A stretch of 64,000 nucleotides of DNA from an uncultured bacterium (GTDB lineage: Bacteria > Krumholzibacteriota > Krumholzibacteriia > Krumholzibacteriales > Krumholzibacteriaceae), in contig CAYRCK010000001.1 of NCBI GenBank assembly GCA_964422745.1, positions 100,368 through 164,367 of the forward strand, given 5' to 3'. Of the stretch, positions 27,627 to 37,246 are shown piece after piece. The notes beneath the pieces are model-generated. The model had not been told where the DNA came from. It saw only the letters and a list, made by a program, of their open reading frames with translations, and made no database searches. The translations under genes were made by a program, and so were the position numbers. Within the stretch, counting starts at the first letter, position 1; each line of letters starts with the position of its first letter.

Positions 27627-28862
27627 TTACTCTACGGCTCCTCGCATAACAGGAGAACTCGAAAGATAGTTATCGAATTTCACCGTTCCCATTAATATCG
27701 GATTGTCGTTGTGGTCGTAAATCAATTCGGCGATCTCCTCCTCATCGGTGGTTCCCCAGTAGTTATATTCCGCATCGATAACTGTTTCGATCTTGTAGTA
27801 GAGAAGCCTTATCGCATAGCCGGCCGGCGGCATTCCGTTCATGTATATTGCGCACTGACGTATAACCGGCTCTGCGGCGCTGATCACCCGTATGCCATCA
27901 TACTCGTTACCCGATATAGAACATTCAGTTATCTCGACATTATGCTCTTCAACGGCCCCGCTGTCCTGATCCACCGCTATCCCCGCATATAAGTTATTCC
28001 TCAATATGCAGGCTGTCACCGATACATTGGAGTTCGAAACATTGATCCCCGTACCGTTATCGTGTATATCACAATCCGTAATCTCGGCTTTTGATGTGTA
28101 ATTGGCATTTATGCCGTATTTCGTGTTGTCGAAGATATTGCTGTTAGATATGAACAACTCGGCGTCGTCCAGCGATATGCCTTCCTTTGCGGAGTACAAG
28201 TTCATGTGCGTGATCTCAGCGACCGAACTGTTCCCCAAAGATATCCCGTTCCATCTTCCCTCAGCCGAGCACTCACTGGGCCCGATCGTCACCTTGGCAC
28301 CTGATTCTCCCTCTATTATAAGCGCCCCTCCCTCTACATCCAGACCGCTGCTCGAGCCCGAAACGTAAATCTTGATACCCGCCCCTATCCTCAATTCGCT
28401 GTGGATTGGCACTTCGGCCATTCCCCCCTTTATAACATAAGTTACCGTCGGATCATCTAGTGTCAAGGTCTCGTATTCAGCTATATCTGGAAACAGCGAC
28501 ATCACCTGGACATAGATATATGACGACTTCCTGTCTATGCCGTCTGTCACCGTCAACTTGACCTTGTAGTATCCAGCTTCAGCGGGGGCCGTCCATAGCA
28601 CAGACTGTCCCTTGCCGTCAGCCGGATCCAGCGTCCCACCCGATACCGCCCATTCGTATGAGATCTGATCCCCGTCAGGATCCTCTGCTTCCCCGCTCAG
28701 CGATACCCAATCACCGCCGCAGATATCGCAGATATCCCCGTTGATCACTATCGAACCCGGCGGCGTGTTGACGAAAGACAACTCATCATCACAACCGGAC
28801 ATGATCGCCACCGCGGTTGATAAAATCGCTATTTTCATGCAATAAAACAGCTTGCACTGCAT
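27627..28862 (-). CDS. lipoprotein with PKD-like domain and right-handed parallel beta-helix repeats
   Basis: I chose the ATG at 28862 (RBS AGGAGG), giving the lipoprotein signal MQCKLFYCMKIAILSTAVAIMSGCDD. A PKD-like segment (ISYEWAVSGG...GYYKVKLTVTDG) is followed by repeated NxxxG/IxxN beta-helix turns (NSNIFDNTKYGINANYTSKAEITDCDIHDNGTGINVSNSNV...). The stop is 12 nt before the parA start. Confidence 0.6.
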   Translation of the reverse strand: MQCKLFYCMKIAILSTAVAIMSGCDDELSFVNTPPGSIVINGDICDICGGDWVSLSGEAEDPDGDQISYEWAVSGGTLDPADGKGQSVLWTAPAEAGYYKVKLTVTDGIDRKSSYIYVQVMSLFPDIAEYETLTLDDPTVTYVIKGGMAEVPIHSELRIGAGIKIYVSGSSSGLDVEGGALIIEGESGAKVTIGPSECSAEGRWNGISLGNSSVAEITHMNLYSAKEGISLDDAELFISNSNIFDNTKYGINANYTSKAEITDCDIHDNGTGINVSNSNVSVTACILRNNLYAGIAVDQDSGAVEEHNVEITECSISGNEYDGIRVISAAEPVIRQCAIYMNGMPPAGYAIRLLYYKIETVIDAEYNYWGTTDEEEIAELIYDHNDNPILMGTVKFDNYLSSSPVMRGAVE

Positions 28863-29051
28863 GGCCGCCTCCTGGATCAATGCGGGGCCATGGGAAGTAT
28901 AGTGACGGTCCGAAAAGAAATCAACGAAAATAATGCCGCATAAGGAGAGGTGTTGATAACGGCTTCTATGCCAAGCCATTACTGAAAAAACTGAAAAGGC
29001 GGCGGCCGCAAGCCCGTTCAAAGCTGTTGGCGCCCGAGGCGCCTATCCGAG

Positions 29052-29067
29052 TGTTTCACGTGAAACA
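29052..29067. promoter_or_regulatory. parS site, perfect consensus
   Basis: TGTTTCACGTGAAACA is identical to the canonical 16-bp ParB-binding palindrome. Confidence 0.85.
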
Positions 29068-29085
29068 TGCCATTCAGGCTGGCGA

Positions 29086-29101
29086 TGTTTCACGTGAAAC
29101 C
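29086..29101. promoter_or_regulatory. parS site, 15/16 match
   Basis: TGTTTCACGTGAAACc, 34 bp from the first site, in the rsmG-lipoprotein spacer. Confidence 0.75.
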
Positions 29102-29152
29102 TGCCATCGTGCCTTCACGTCCCTATATCTCTCTTTCTAATTTTCTATACTC

Positions 29153-29905
29153 TCAGCGATTCTCGTTTTCCTGCTGCCCTCCTCCCTTCTTGTCCCCTCT
29201 TCCCCCAATAATCTTTCTATATACAAGTGCGGTCCCCCTTCCCCCCGGCAGCTCCCTCTTTCCCTCCAGCCTCATCGCCTCCCCCTCCTCTTCTGTCTCC
29301 TCCTCGAACCCCTTACCCTTTACCGTAACGTATATTCCGTTTACCTCGAGCAATCCCTCGGCGATCGGAAGCATCTCCTCCAGCTTCCCCGCTGCCTTCG
29401 ACGATACTATCTCGTATCTTCTCCCCCTGTAGTCGGCTGCATCTTTCATGACCGCCTCGACAAACCTCATGCCCGTAAGCCTTATGACCCTGCAGAGAAA
29501 CAGATAAGGCCTCTCCCTTCGCTCGAAGAGTGTGAGCCCCATCCCGGGCCTCGCGATCTTCCAGATCATTCCCGGGAAACCGGATCCGGACCCGATGTCC
29601 GCCGCCCATACCATCCCCATCTCCTCTTCCCTCCGGCGTCCCTCTGCCCCGGCGCTCCCTCCGCATCGCTCCTCTGTCCTCAGCGCCCTCTCCGCTTCAA
29701 CCAGAAGCAGGGCGGAATCCAGAACGAGCCTGCATACATTCCCCTCTATGTCCCCCCTCCCGACAAGGTGCATCCTGCTGCTCCACCCTGCCACCTCGTC
29801 GATGTACATGCCGAGAAGCTCACCTCTGTCATCCGAAAACAGGCTGCTCAGACCTGCATCGCGCAACTCCCCGAGAATCCTATCCATCAGTTTGCCCGCC
29901 TCCAT
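29153..29905 (-). CDS. rsmG: 16S rRNA (guanine527-N7)-methyltransferase
   Basis: SAM-binding motif DIGSGSGFPGMIWKIARP, in the conserved position after mnmG. It has a ~50-aa Gly/Glu-rich C-terminal extension. Confidence 0.8.
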   Translation of the reverse strand: MEAGKLMDRILGELRDAGLSSLFSDDRGELLGMYIDEVAGWSSRMHLVGRGDIEGNVCRLVLDSALLLVEAERALRTEERCGGSAGAEGRRREEEMGMVWAADIGSGSGFPGMIWKIARPGMGLTLFERRERPYLFLCRVIRLTGMRFVEAVMKDAADYRGRRYEIVSSKAAGKLEEMLPIAEGLLEVNGIYVTVKGKGFEEETEEEGEAMRLEGKRELPGGRGTALVYRKIIGGRGDKKGGGQQENENR

Positions 29906-29924
29906 TGCCCTCCTCCACAGATCA

Positions 29925-31808
29925 TCAAGCTCTCGCCTTCTTTCCCGAAGATCTCCTGGCGCGCTCGAGCATAACCATGAGTATCGACAGGTCGGAGTTG
30001 CGTACGCCCGATATCCTCGATGCCTGGCCCATCGTGCCGGGCCTGAATAGCTCGAGCTTTTCCCTCGCCTCCCTGCTTAGCGACTCTATATCGAACGAGA
30101 AGTCCTCCGGTATGCGTTCCTTTTCCATCCTGCCGAGTCTTTCGGCGATTCTCCTCTGCCTTTGTATATATCCCTCGTACTTCACCCTGATCTCCAGCGC
30201 CTCTTTCTCCACCTCGCTGAGCTGGAGCCCTCCTCCGGGAAGCGAGGATTCAACCTCCGCTATCCCGATCCCCGGCCTGTGCAGGAGCTGGGCCGCATTC
30301 TGAGGCTCCTTCACCCCACCCACCCCCGCCCCACCCAGCAGGAGATTGCATCGATCTCTGCCGATCGTTTCACGCCGTAGCCTCCTCTGCGCTCTTGCCA
30401 CCCTTCTTCTTCTATCAACGACCTTCTCCCATAATCCCCTATCTATGAGCCCGAACCTCGCTCCGTATTTCATGAGCCTCTCGTCCGCGTTGTCCTGTCT
30501 TAGAAGTAGTCTGTGCTCCGCACGCGACGTGAACATCCTGTACGGTTCGTCGATCTCCTTTGTGACGAGGTCGTCTATGAGTACACCTATATACGCCTGA
30601 TGCCTGCCGAGAACCAGCTGGCGCATTCCCCGCAGCCCAAGAGAGGCGTTCATGCCCGCCATAAGCCCTTGAGCCGCCGCCTCCTCGTATCCAGATGTAC
30701 CGTTGACCTGCCCCGCAAAGTACAGCCCGGAAATAATTCTCGACTCCAGAGTGGGAAATATCTGGTATGGCGGGAAAAAGTCATATTCAATGGCATATCC
30801 GAACCTCACTATCTCCGCACTCTCCAGACCCCGGACGGTCCTGATCATCTTCGCCTGGACGTCACGAGGCAGGCTCGTGGAAAGGCCGTTCACGTATATC
30901 TCATCCGTATCAGCACCCTCGGGCTCCAGGAATAGCTGGTGCCTCCCCCTGTCGGGGAACCGAACCACCTTGTCCTCTATGGACGGGCAGTACCTCGGTC
31001 CAGTGCCCTTGATCCTTCCGGTGTACAGGGGCGACCTGTCCAGGCCCCGCCTTATCACATCGTGCGTTCTTCCGTTGGTGTACGTTATATAGCACGGAAC
31101 CTGCTCTACATCCAGCCTCCCGGTCCTGAAGGAGAACGGCGCCGGAGAGCTGTCCCCCGGCTGTTCCTCGCAACGATCGAAATCTATGCTCCCCCTTAGA
31201 AGCCTGGCCGGAGTTCCGGTCTTTAGCCTTCTTCTCTCTATCCCCAATCCCGCAATCTGGTCGGATAGCTCGCATGATGGAGGCTCGCCCTCCCTCCCCC
31301 CCGGAAAGCTTTCCTCACCTATATGCATCAATCCGTTGGGGAAGGTGCCCAACGCCAGTATCACCCTCTTCCCGTAAATCGTTTCACCTCCGGCGAGGGT
31401 CACCCCCCGGGCCACCCCTTCCGAGACCTCGACCGCAGTGACCTCTCCTTCCCGGATCTCCAGACCCTCCTGCGCCCTCAGGGCCTCGAGCATCCTCTCA
31501 TGGTAGGCCTTCTTGTCAGCCTGCGCCCTTGGCGACCAGACTGCCGGCCCCTTCGCCCTGTTCAGCATCCTGAACTGTATCCCCGCCTCGTCAATACATA
31601 GCCCCATCTCCCCACCCATTGCATCTATCTCCCTCACCAGCTGCCCCTTCGCCAGGCCTCCGATAGCAGGATTGCACGGCATTCTAGCTATGTCATTCAC
31701 GTTTATGGTAACAAGAAGGGTCGAAAAACCCATCCTGGCCGATACCAGGGCCGCCTCGCATCCTGCATGCCCGCCACCGGTTACAATTATATCATAATTG
31801 CTCATCAT
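29925..31808 (-). CDS. mnmG: tRNA uridine 5-carboxymethylaminomethyl modification enzyme
   Basis: FAD-binding N-terminus ([16 protein letters not shown]) and the [17 protein letters not shown] motif. Confidence 0.95.
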   Translation of the reverse strand: MMSNYDIIVTGGGHAGCEAALVSARMGFSTLLVTINVNDIARMPCNPAIGGLAKGQLVREIDAMGGEMGLCIDEAGIQFRMLNRAKGPAVWSPRAQADKKAYHERMLEALRAQEGLEIREGEVTAVEVSEGVARGVTLAGGETIYGKRVILALGTFPNGLMHIGEESFPGGREGEPPSCELSDQIAGLGIERRRLKTGTPARLLRGSIDFDRCEEQPGDSSPAPFSFRTGRLDVEQVPCYITYTNGRTHDVIRRGLDRSPLYTGRIKGTGPRYCPSIEDKVVRFPDRGRHQLFLEPEGADTDEIYVNGLSTSLPRDVQAKMIRTVRGLESAEIVRFGYAIEYDFFPPYQIFPTLESRIISGLYFAGQVNGTSGYEEAAAQGLMAGMNASLGLRGMRQLVLGRHQAYIGVLIDDLVTKEIDEPYRMFTSRAEHRLLLRQDNADERLMKYGARFGLIDRGLWEKVVDRRRRVARAQRRLRRETIGRDRCNLLLGGAGVGGVKEPQNAAQLLHRPGIGIAEVESSLPGGGLQLSEVEKEALEIRVKYEGYIQRQRRIAERLGRMEKERIPEDFSFDIESLSREAREKLELFRPGTMGQASRISGVRNSDLSILMVMLERARRSSGKKARA

Positions 31809-31856
31809 TAAACGATCAATGGTTGTTTATAGCATAAATAATGCGTTATAGTTATT

Positions 31857-33263
31857 TTACTTTCCTATACAGAACTCGCTGAAGATCCTGTCCAGAAGCT
31901 CACCTTCGATCGACCTGCCCGTCACCTTGCCCAGCCCCCCTGCGGCCGACTTTATCTCCATGCTCAGTATCTCGGGCGGCGCTCCGGCATCCAGCTCCTC
32001 GATCAACCTCTCGAGCCCTTCCGCCGCCTCCCGCAGCGCCGCCGCCTGTCTCGCGTTGACCGCGATCCTCTCCCTGTTGATCTCCCCCAATCCACCACCG
32101 GCCGTTCTCTCGTATATCATAGACCGGAGATCCTCCAATCCCTGCAACGTGAGAGCCGATACGGCAATTATCCCCCCTTTGCCCACTGCCGCCTCCGCCT
32201 CGTCGAGGCCGACCCTCAAGCCCAGATCCATCTTGTTCAGCACGAATATCGTTCTTTTTCCGTCTGCCGACGATAACTCTTCGGCCAGTTTCTCTCTCCA
32301 GTCCTCGTGTCCGTCAATTACGAATAGAACCATGTCGGCGATGCTCGCCGCCCTTCTGCCTATCGATATCCCCATTGTTTCAATCTCACAATCGGTCTCG
32401 GCTATGCCGGCTGTATCCTCAAGGTAGTACGAAAAGCCCCCTATGTGTATCTTTTCCCTGAGAATGTCCCGTGTCGTCCCCGGCGCCTTCGATACGATCG
32501 CCCTCTCCTCTCCGAGCAGCGCGTTGTAAAGGCTGCTCTTGCCCGCGTTTCTCGCCCCAACGATCGTTATCCTGATCCCCTCCCTCAGCTTGTTCCCCGC
32601 AGCCTCCGAGCTCAACAGCTCCCTCAATCTCCCCTCCAGCCTCCTTGCGCTCTCCCCAAGCTCCTCCCTCGAAAAAGTTTCTACGTCCTCATCTGTGAAA
32701 TCTATGGAAACCTCTACGTTGGCCAGCTGATCGAGAAGCGTATCCTCCAATTCACCGATCCTTCTCGACAGGCCGCCTTCGAGATGCTCCAGCGCCACCC
32801 TCCGCTGGAGCTTGGTCTCAGAAGCGATCAGATCGGCCACGGCCTCTGCCTGTGCAAGATCTATCTTCCCGTTGAGAAACGCCCTTTTAGTGAATTCCCC
32901 CGCATCCGCCACCCTAGCCCCCCTTACCACGGCGGCCTCGATGATATCCGATGCCACCCTCATGCTCCCGTGGCATGATATCTCGACCACATCCTCGCCG
33001 GTGTAACTTTCCGGCGAAACCATGACCGTCACGACTGTCTCGTCCAGCAGCTCCCCGTCAAGGCTCCTGATCTGTTTCCTATATGTTCTCTTGGGATGAT
33101 AGCGCGGCGATTCCGGCGCCATGCCGGTTATGATCTCGATCGCTTCCGGTCCGCTCAGGCGTATTACCGCTATACCCGATTCGCCCGGCGGTGTGCTGAG
33201 TGCGATGATGGTGTCCCCGTCCCTGGTGTATCGCATCGCCTCGCCCTTGTCTCTCTCATTCAT
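31857..33263 (-). CDS. mnmE: tRNA modification GTPase
   Basis: N-terminal THF-binding domain (TIIALSTPPGESGIAVIRLSG), G-domain (GARNAGKSSLYNALLG; DTAG) and C-terminal CIGK. Confidence 0.95.
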   Translation of the reverse strand: MNERDKGEAMRYTRDGDTIIALSTPPGESGIAVIRLSGPEAIEIITGMAPESPRYHPKRTYRKQIRSLDGELLDETVVTVMVSPESYTGEDVVEISCHGSMRVASDIIEAAVVRGARVADAGEFTKRAFLNGKIDLAQAEAVADLIASETKLQRRVALEHLEGGLSRRIGELEDTLLDQLANVEVSIDFTDEDVETFSREELGESARRLEGRLRELLSSEAAGNKLREGIRITIVGARNAGKSSLYNALLGEERAIVSKAPGTTRDILREKIHIGGFSYYLEDTAGIAETDCEIETMGISIGRRAASIADMVLFVIDGHEDWREKLAEELSSADGKRTIFVLNKMDLGLRVGLDEAEAAVGKGGIIAVSALTLQGLEDLRSMIYERTAGGGLGEINRERIAVNARQAAALREAAEGLERLIEELDAGAPPEILSMEIKSAAGGLGKVTGRSIEGELLDRIFSEFCIGK

Positions 33264-33350
33264 GCCCCCACCAAGGCCGCCGGCCCCCGTCCTGCTTCCC
33301 GCACCAATACCACACCAAAGCCCTGCGGCCCTCTCAGCTCTCCTTAAATC

Positions 33351-34076
33351 CTATTTTCCGCTGTTGTAACGGCCCCTTCCGCCCCCATGCCCCCTGACGG
33401 GGGATACAAATACCTTCCTCATCTCACCGTTACCTACCGTATATGTCGACACGCTGTCGCTGTCGGCAAGCGTAATGTGAATTATTCTCCTCTCCGAGGC
33501 CTTCATAGGCTCCAACCCCACCTCTTTCTTCGTCTTTACCGCACGTTCCGCCGCTTTTAACGCTTTCTGCCTGAGTATCTCGTGCCTGCTCTTCAGGTAC
33601 CCCCCCACATCTATCGTAAGCCTTTGATAGCCTCCCATCTTCCGCGAGACGATCCTTCCTATCAGGTGTTGCAGCGAGGTCAGCGTATCTCCCTTGCGCC
33701 CTATCAGCAACCCGTCAACGCCCGCGGTTTCAATATTGACATAGACCGAATCCTCCTGCATCTCGGAGAAAATCCTGTAGTTCACGTCCAGGCAGTTCAT
33801 TATAACCCTTGCAACCTCGTCTGTGACGTCCTCGATCCCCCTAGAGCTCTTCTTCCTCGCCACCCTTATCTTCGCATCTCGTGATCCGAATACGCTCAGG
33901 ATTCCCTTCTGCCCGCCGTCGATAATCTCGATCTCCAGCTCATCCACGGGCACCTTCAGTATATCCAGCGCCTTTTCCAGCGCCTTCTCCACGGTTCTTC
34001 CGGTTATCTCGAGCTTTTCCTGCTGTCTGCCATCCCTCTCCGGACTATTCATCTTGCATCTCTCCCGTAATTTCAA
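33351..34076 (-). CDS. jag: Jag/KhpB RNA-binding protein (Jag_N, KH and R3H domains)
   Basis: KH (GLLIGRKGDTLTSLQHLI) and R3H (HEILRQKALKAAERAV...ERRIIHITL) motifs. The position downstream of yidC is conserved. Confidence 0.85.
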   Translation of the reverse strand: MKLRERCKMNSPERDGRQQEKLEITGRTVEKALEKALDILKVPVDELEIEIIDGGQKGILSVFGSRDAKIRVARKKSSRGIEDVTDEVARVIMNCLDVNYRIFSEMQEDSVYVNIETAGVDGLLIGRKGDTLTSLQHLIGRIVSRKMGGYQRLTIDVGGYLKSRHEILRQKALKAAERAVKTKKEVGLEPMKASERRIIHITLADSDSVSTYTVGNGEMRKVFVSPVRGHGGGRGRYNSGK

Positions 34077-35968
34077 TTATATGGTCGACGCTTGCTCTTC
34101 TTAGACTGTGCCTTCCCCTTCTTCCTAGAGCGCCCACGCACCTTATCAGCTTTAATATCCGCTCCGTCATCTACAGATCTGTTCTTATCCCGCTCCATCG
34201 GGTCTGCGCCCCCCCCTTCCCCCTCCCTCTCTTCTGCTTCTATCTGTTTATGCGCATAGTACTGTTGGATTATCGTGAGAACGTTGTTTACGAGCCAATA
34301 GAGCACCAGCCCGGACGGCATCGAGTAGAAGATAACCGTGAATACTATGGGCATCATCGTCGACATCATCTTCGTCTGCGCCGCCGGTCCGGTTTGGCCC
34401 GTCGGTGATCCCCCGAGCTTCGACTGCAGCACCATCGCCCCCCCCATCAGCACCGGAAGCAGATGAAAATTGCTCCCCAGAAAAGGCAGTTTCACGCCGA
34501 AGCCGAAAAGAACATCGGGCGATGAGAGGTCGTTGATCCACAGCATGAAGGGCGCGTGCCTTAGCTCGATCGTGTTTCTCAGAACACCGAAAAGCGCAAT
34601 GAAAACCGGCATCTGAAAGAGAAGCGGCAGGCAGCCTCCGAGGGGATTCACCCCCGCCTCTTTGTACAGCTTCATCGTCTCCTTGTTTAGCCGCTCCCTA
34701 TCGTTCTTGTACTTCTCCTGCAGCTCCTTCATCTTCGGCTGTATCCTCTGCATATCCTTCATAGACTTGAAGCTCTTGTGGGTCAGGCGGTAGAAGAGCA
34801 CCTTCGTCAAAACCGAGAGGATGATAATTATCAGACCGTAGTTCGGTATGAAGCTCTTCATCATCTTCATGAGCCTGAGGATCCAGATGCTGAAAAATCT
34901 CAACCACCCCAGCTCGATCGCCTTCTCGAGACCGTTCCCGTAGCCCTTGAGCCTGTGAATATCCAGCGGTCCCAGGTAGCACGAGAACGAATCCTCAACA
35001 AGCCTCGGATCGCCCCTGAAGGGGTAACCGATCGAGTAGCCTATCAGGCTCTCCTGCTTGCTTCCTATCAGCTTCACCGATCCGGGGCGGTTCACCTCGG
35101 GTATGATCGCGCTCAGGAAGTATCGTGATCTGGCGCACGCCCAGATCACCATGCCGCCCTCGAATGATTTCTCCCTACTGTCTCCGAACTTGCCTACCGA
35201 CTCCTTGTAGAGCTCCTCGCCCACCTTCCCAAGAGCCGCGAGAAGACGCTTCTCGGCCTTCTCGTCCACCTCGTTCAGGCCCATACCGCACTTCCACGCC
35301 ACCGAATACGCCCCCGTTCCTTGAAGCTCGCCGTCACGCCTCATCTTAACGTTCATTCCCACTTCGTATCCGTCTCCCGTGAACGTATACCGCTTCTCTA
35401 TCCTTCCCCCTCCCGCACCCTCGACCTCGAATGCCACCTCAACCTGTTCTTGGCCGGTTACGGTGACCTGCCTGCCGTTCCCGGCGGGCAAGCCGTCTAC
35501 TGACACATCGAATACCACATCGGATAGATCCCTCCACTCCCCGCCTCTCTCAACGGACAGGGCCATTCCGCCTTTCGCGCCCTCGGGCACCAGCTCGACA
35601 CTCTCCTCCTCGTTCCTGGAATAATCCAGCAGCTTCACGCTTCTTATCTCTCCACCCGCGCTGCTGAGCAGAACCCTCATCCTGTCGGTCGCAACAACGA
35701 CCTCGATGCCCTCACCGTCCTCTCTGAAAAGCACGGGTGCATGAGCATCCTCGATTGCGGTCTCCACCGTGCTATCTTCATGGGACGTCGTGTCTGCGAT
35801 CTCCGCATCCGCCACCGGCGCTTCAACCGTATCGACCTGCGCAATCTCCAGCGCGCGCTCCCTCATCATCTTCGCCCTCTGCTTCTGCTTCGGAGCTATA
35901 TAGAAGAATTGCCAAGCGAGCAGTATGAGGAACGTCAACAAAATCGCCAGCACAGATCGCCTGTCCAT
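34073..35968 (-). CDS. yidC: membrane protein insertase YidC
   Basis: 631 aa with an N-terminal TM, a large periplasmic domain, a conserved 60-kDa inner-membrane core (LLPLLFQMPVFIALF; YWLVNNVLTI), and a lysine/arginine-rich C-terminal tail. Confidence 0.95.
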   Translation of the reverse strand: MDRRSVLAILLTFLILLAWQFFYIAPKQKQRAKMMRERALEIAQVDTVEAPVADAEIADTTSHEDSTVETAIEDAHAPVLFREDGEGIEVVVATDRMRVLLSSAGGEIRSVKLLDYSRNEEESVELVPEGAKGGMALSVERGGEWRDLSDVVFDVSVDGLPAGNGRQVTVTGQEQVEVAFEVEGAGGGRIEKRYTFTGDGYEVGMNVKMRRDGELQGTGAYSVAWKCGMGLNEVDEKAEKRLLAALGKVGEELYKESVGKFGDSREKSFEGGMVIWACARSRYFLSAIIPEVNRPGSVKLIGSKQESLIGYSIGYPFRGDPRLVEDSFSCYLGPLDIHRLKGYGNGLEKAIELGWLRFFSIWILRLMKMMKSFIPNYGLIIIILSVLTKVLFYRLTHKSFKSMKDMQRIQPKMKELQEKYKNDRERLNKETMKLYKEAGVNPLGGCLPLLFQMPVFIALFGVLRNTIELRHAPFMLWINDLSSPDVLFGFGVKLPFLGSNFHLLPVLMGGAMVLQSKLGGSPTGQTGPAAQTKMMSTMMPIVFTVIFYSMPSGLVLYWLVNNVLTIIQQYYAHKQIEAEEREGEGGGADPMERDKNRSVDDGADIKADKVRGRSRKKGKAQSKKSKRRPYN

Positions 35969-36015
35969 ACAATCTTTCCCTTCAGTAAGCCCTTTATCTT
36001 CGGAAGCCCCCTGCC

Positions 36016-36240
36016 TCAGCGCACCGGGTCATATCCGCTGCCCGAAAACGGGTGGCATCTGAGTATGCGACGCAGCGCAAGCCAGGATCCCCTATAGGGC
36101 CCGTAGCGTCTAATTGCAATTTCCGCATACTCAGAACAGGAAGGATAATACCTGCATGTCATTGGATGATATGGGGATATTGCTTTTCTATATATCCTAA
36201 GGGCCGCAAGGCCCAATGCTGTCAGTATTCTCGATATCAT
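36016..36240 (-). CDS. yidD: membrane protein insertion efficiency factor YidD
   Basis: 74 aa with the motif [23 protein letters not shown]. Confidence 0.9.
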   Translation of the reverse strand: MISRILTALGLAALRIYRKAISPYHPMTCRYYPSCSEYAEIAIRRYGPYRGSWLALRRILRCHPFSGSGYDPVR

Positions 36241-36581
36241 CCGAACTTTGATATTAGTCCAACCTTCACCAAGGAACTCTCAACATCTTCGGTCAATTCT
36301 CGAAGCGTCGTATTCACCGGGCAGAACGCCGCTATAAATACTATCCACAGCCCCTTCGTCTCGAATCGCCCCTCCAGCTTCCTGAAGACCTCCCGCATCA
36401 ACCTCTTGGCACGGTTCCTGAGATAAGCCTTTCCTACCCTTCTGCCGCTCGCCACGAATCCGGGTACTATCCCCTCCTCATCTCTCTCCAGGTAACAAAT
36501 CGAGACCTTTTCGCCGGTTATTCTCCTGCCCCTCTCGTAGACCAAACGGAATTGCCCGTCCTTCTTCAATCCTATAAGCAT
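36237..36581 (-). CDS. rnpA: ribonuclease P protein component
   Basis: 114 aa with the RNR motif ([14 protein letters not shown]). Confidence 0.9.
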   Translation of the reverse strand: MLIGLKKDGQFRLVYERGRRITGEKVSICYLERDEEGIVPGFVASGRRVGKAYLRNRAKRLMREVFRKLEGRFETKGLWIVFIAAFCPVNTTLRELTEDVESSLVKVGLISKFG

Positions 36582-36605
36582 CTTCCGTAACGGTCTGTTA
36601 CACGC

Positions 36606-36740
36606 CTACACGGCTAGGCGCTTTCTTCCCTTAGCCCTCCTTCTCTTCATGACAAGCCGGCCGTTCTTTGTACTCATTCTCTTTCTGAATCCGTGTTTTC
36701 TCTTCTTCTTCAGGTTGTGAGGTTGATATGTCCTTTTCAC
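36606..36740 (-). CDS. rpmH: 50S ribosomal protein L34
   Basis: Hand translation of the minus strand gives [46 protein letters not shown] (44 aa), with RBS AAGGAG 7 nt upstream. It is absent from the ORF track because it is under 60 aa. Confidence 0.9.
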   Translation of the reverse strand: MKRTYQPHNLKKKRKHGFRKRMSTKNGRLVMKRRRAKGRKRLAV

Positions 36741-37246
36741 CCTTTATCTCCTTGATACTCTCCCCTGCCAAGGTATTCCCCATCAGTAAGATATAAGTCT
36801 AAACCAATCAACGATAGACAAGCGTTTTCACATTGTCAAGGTTTTTGTGCCTTCTTTTTCTATCCCTTTTGTTGATTTTGCCTTTCAACCCCCTTCGTCC
36901 AGTGCCCCCTCCCCCAAAACCGGCACATCCTCTCAAACCGCCCCCCCTGTTTTTTTATCCTATAGTTATATAACCAATTATGTACTTTTTCCCCCTTTTT
37001 TCAAATTTTGTCTTGATCATTTAAATCCCGTATGCTAGATTCCCGACCGCGTGATGGTGATCATCTTAGTCACACTAGATCAATCATTGATAACTTGTTC
37101 ATATCGTCACCACTTACAACGCGAATTGTGGAAAACGTTCCTAACTAGTTTTTAGTGGCGCCGTTAATGTGCTGCGAGGCCGCCACTTGCGGAGTTGTCC
37201 ACAGGTGTGGATAACTTGATCCTGCCTCCGCCCGCTGCGGAAAGGT
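36741..37246. other. origin region part 1 (rpmH-dnaA spacer): AT-rich tract and cluster of DnaA boxes
   Basis: The AT-rich tract is at ~36960-37050. DnaA boxes are TGTGGAAAA (37127-37135), TTGTCCACA (37195-37203), TGTGGATAA, a perfect match (37206-37214), and TGTGGATGA (37258-37266). Gene-strand polarity switches here. Confidence 0.7.
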
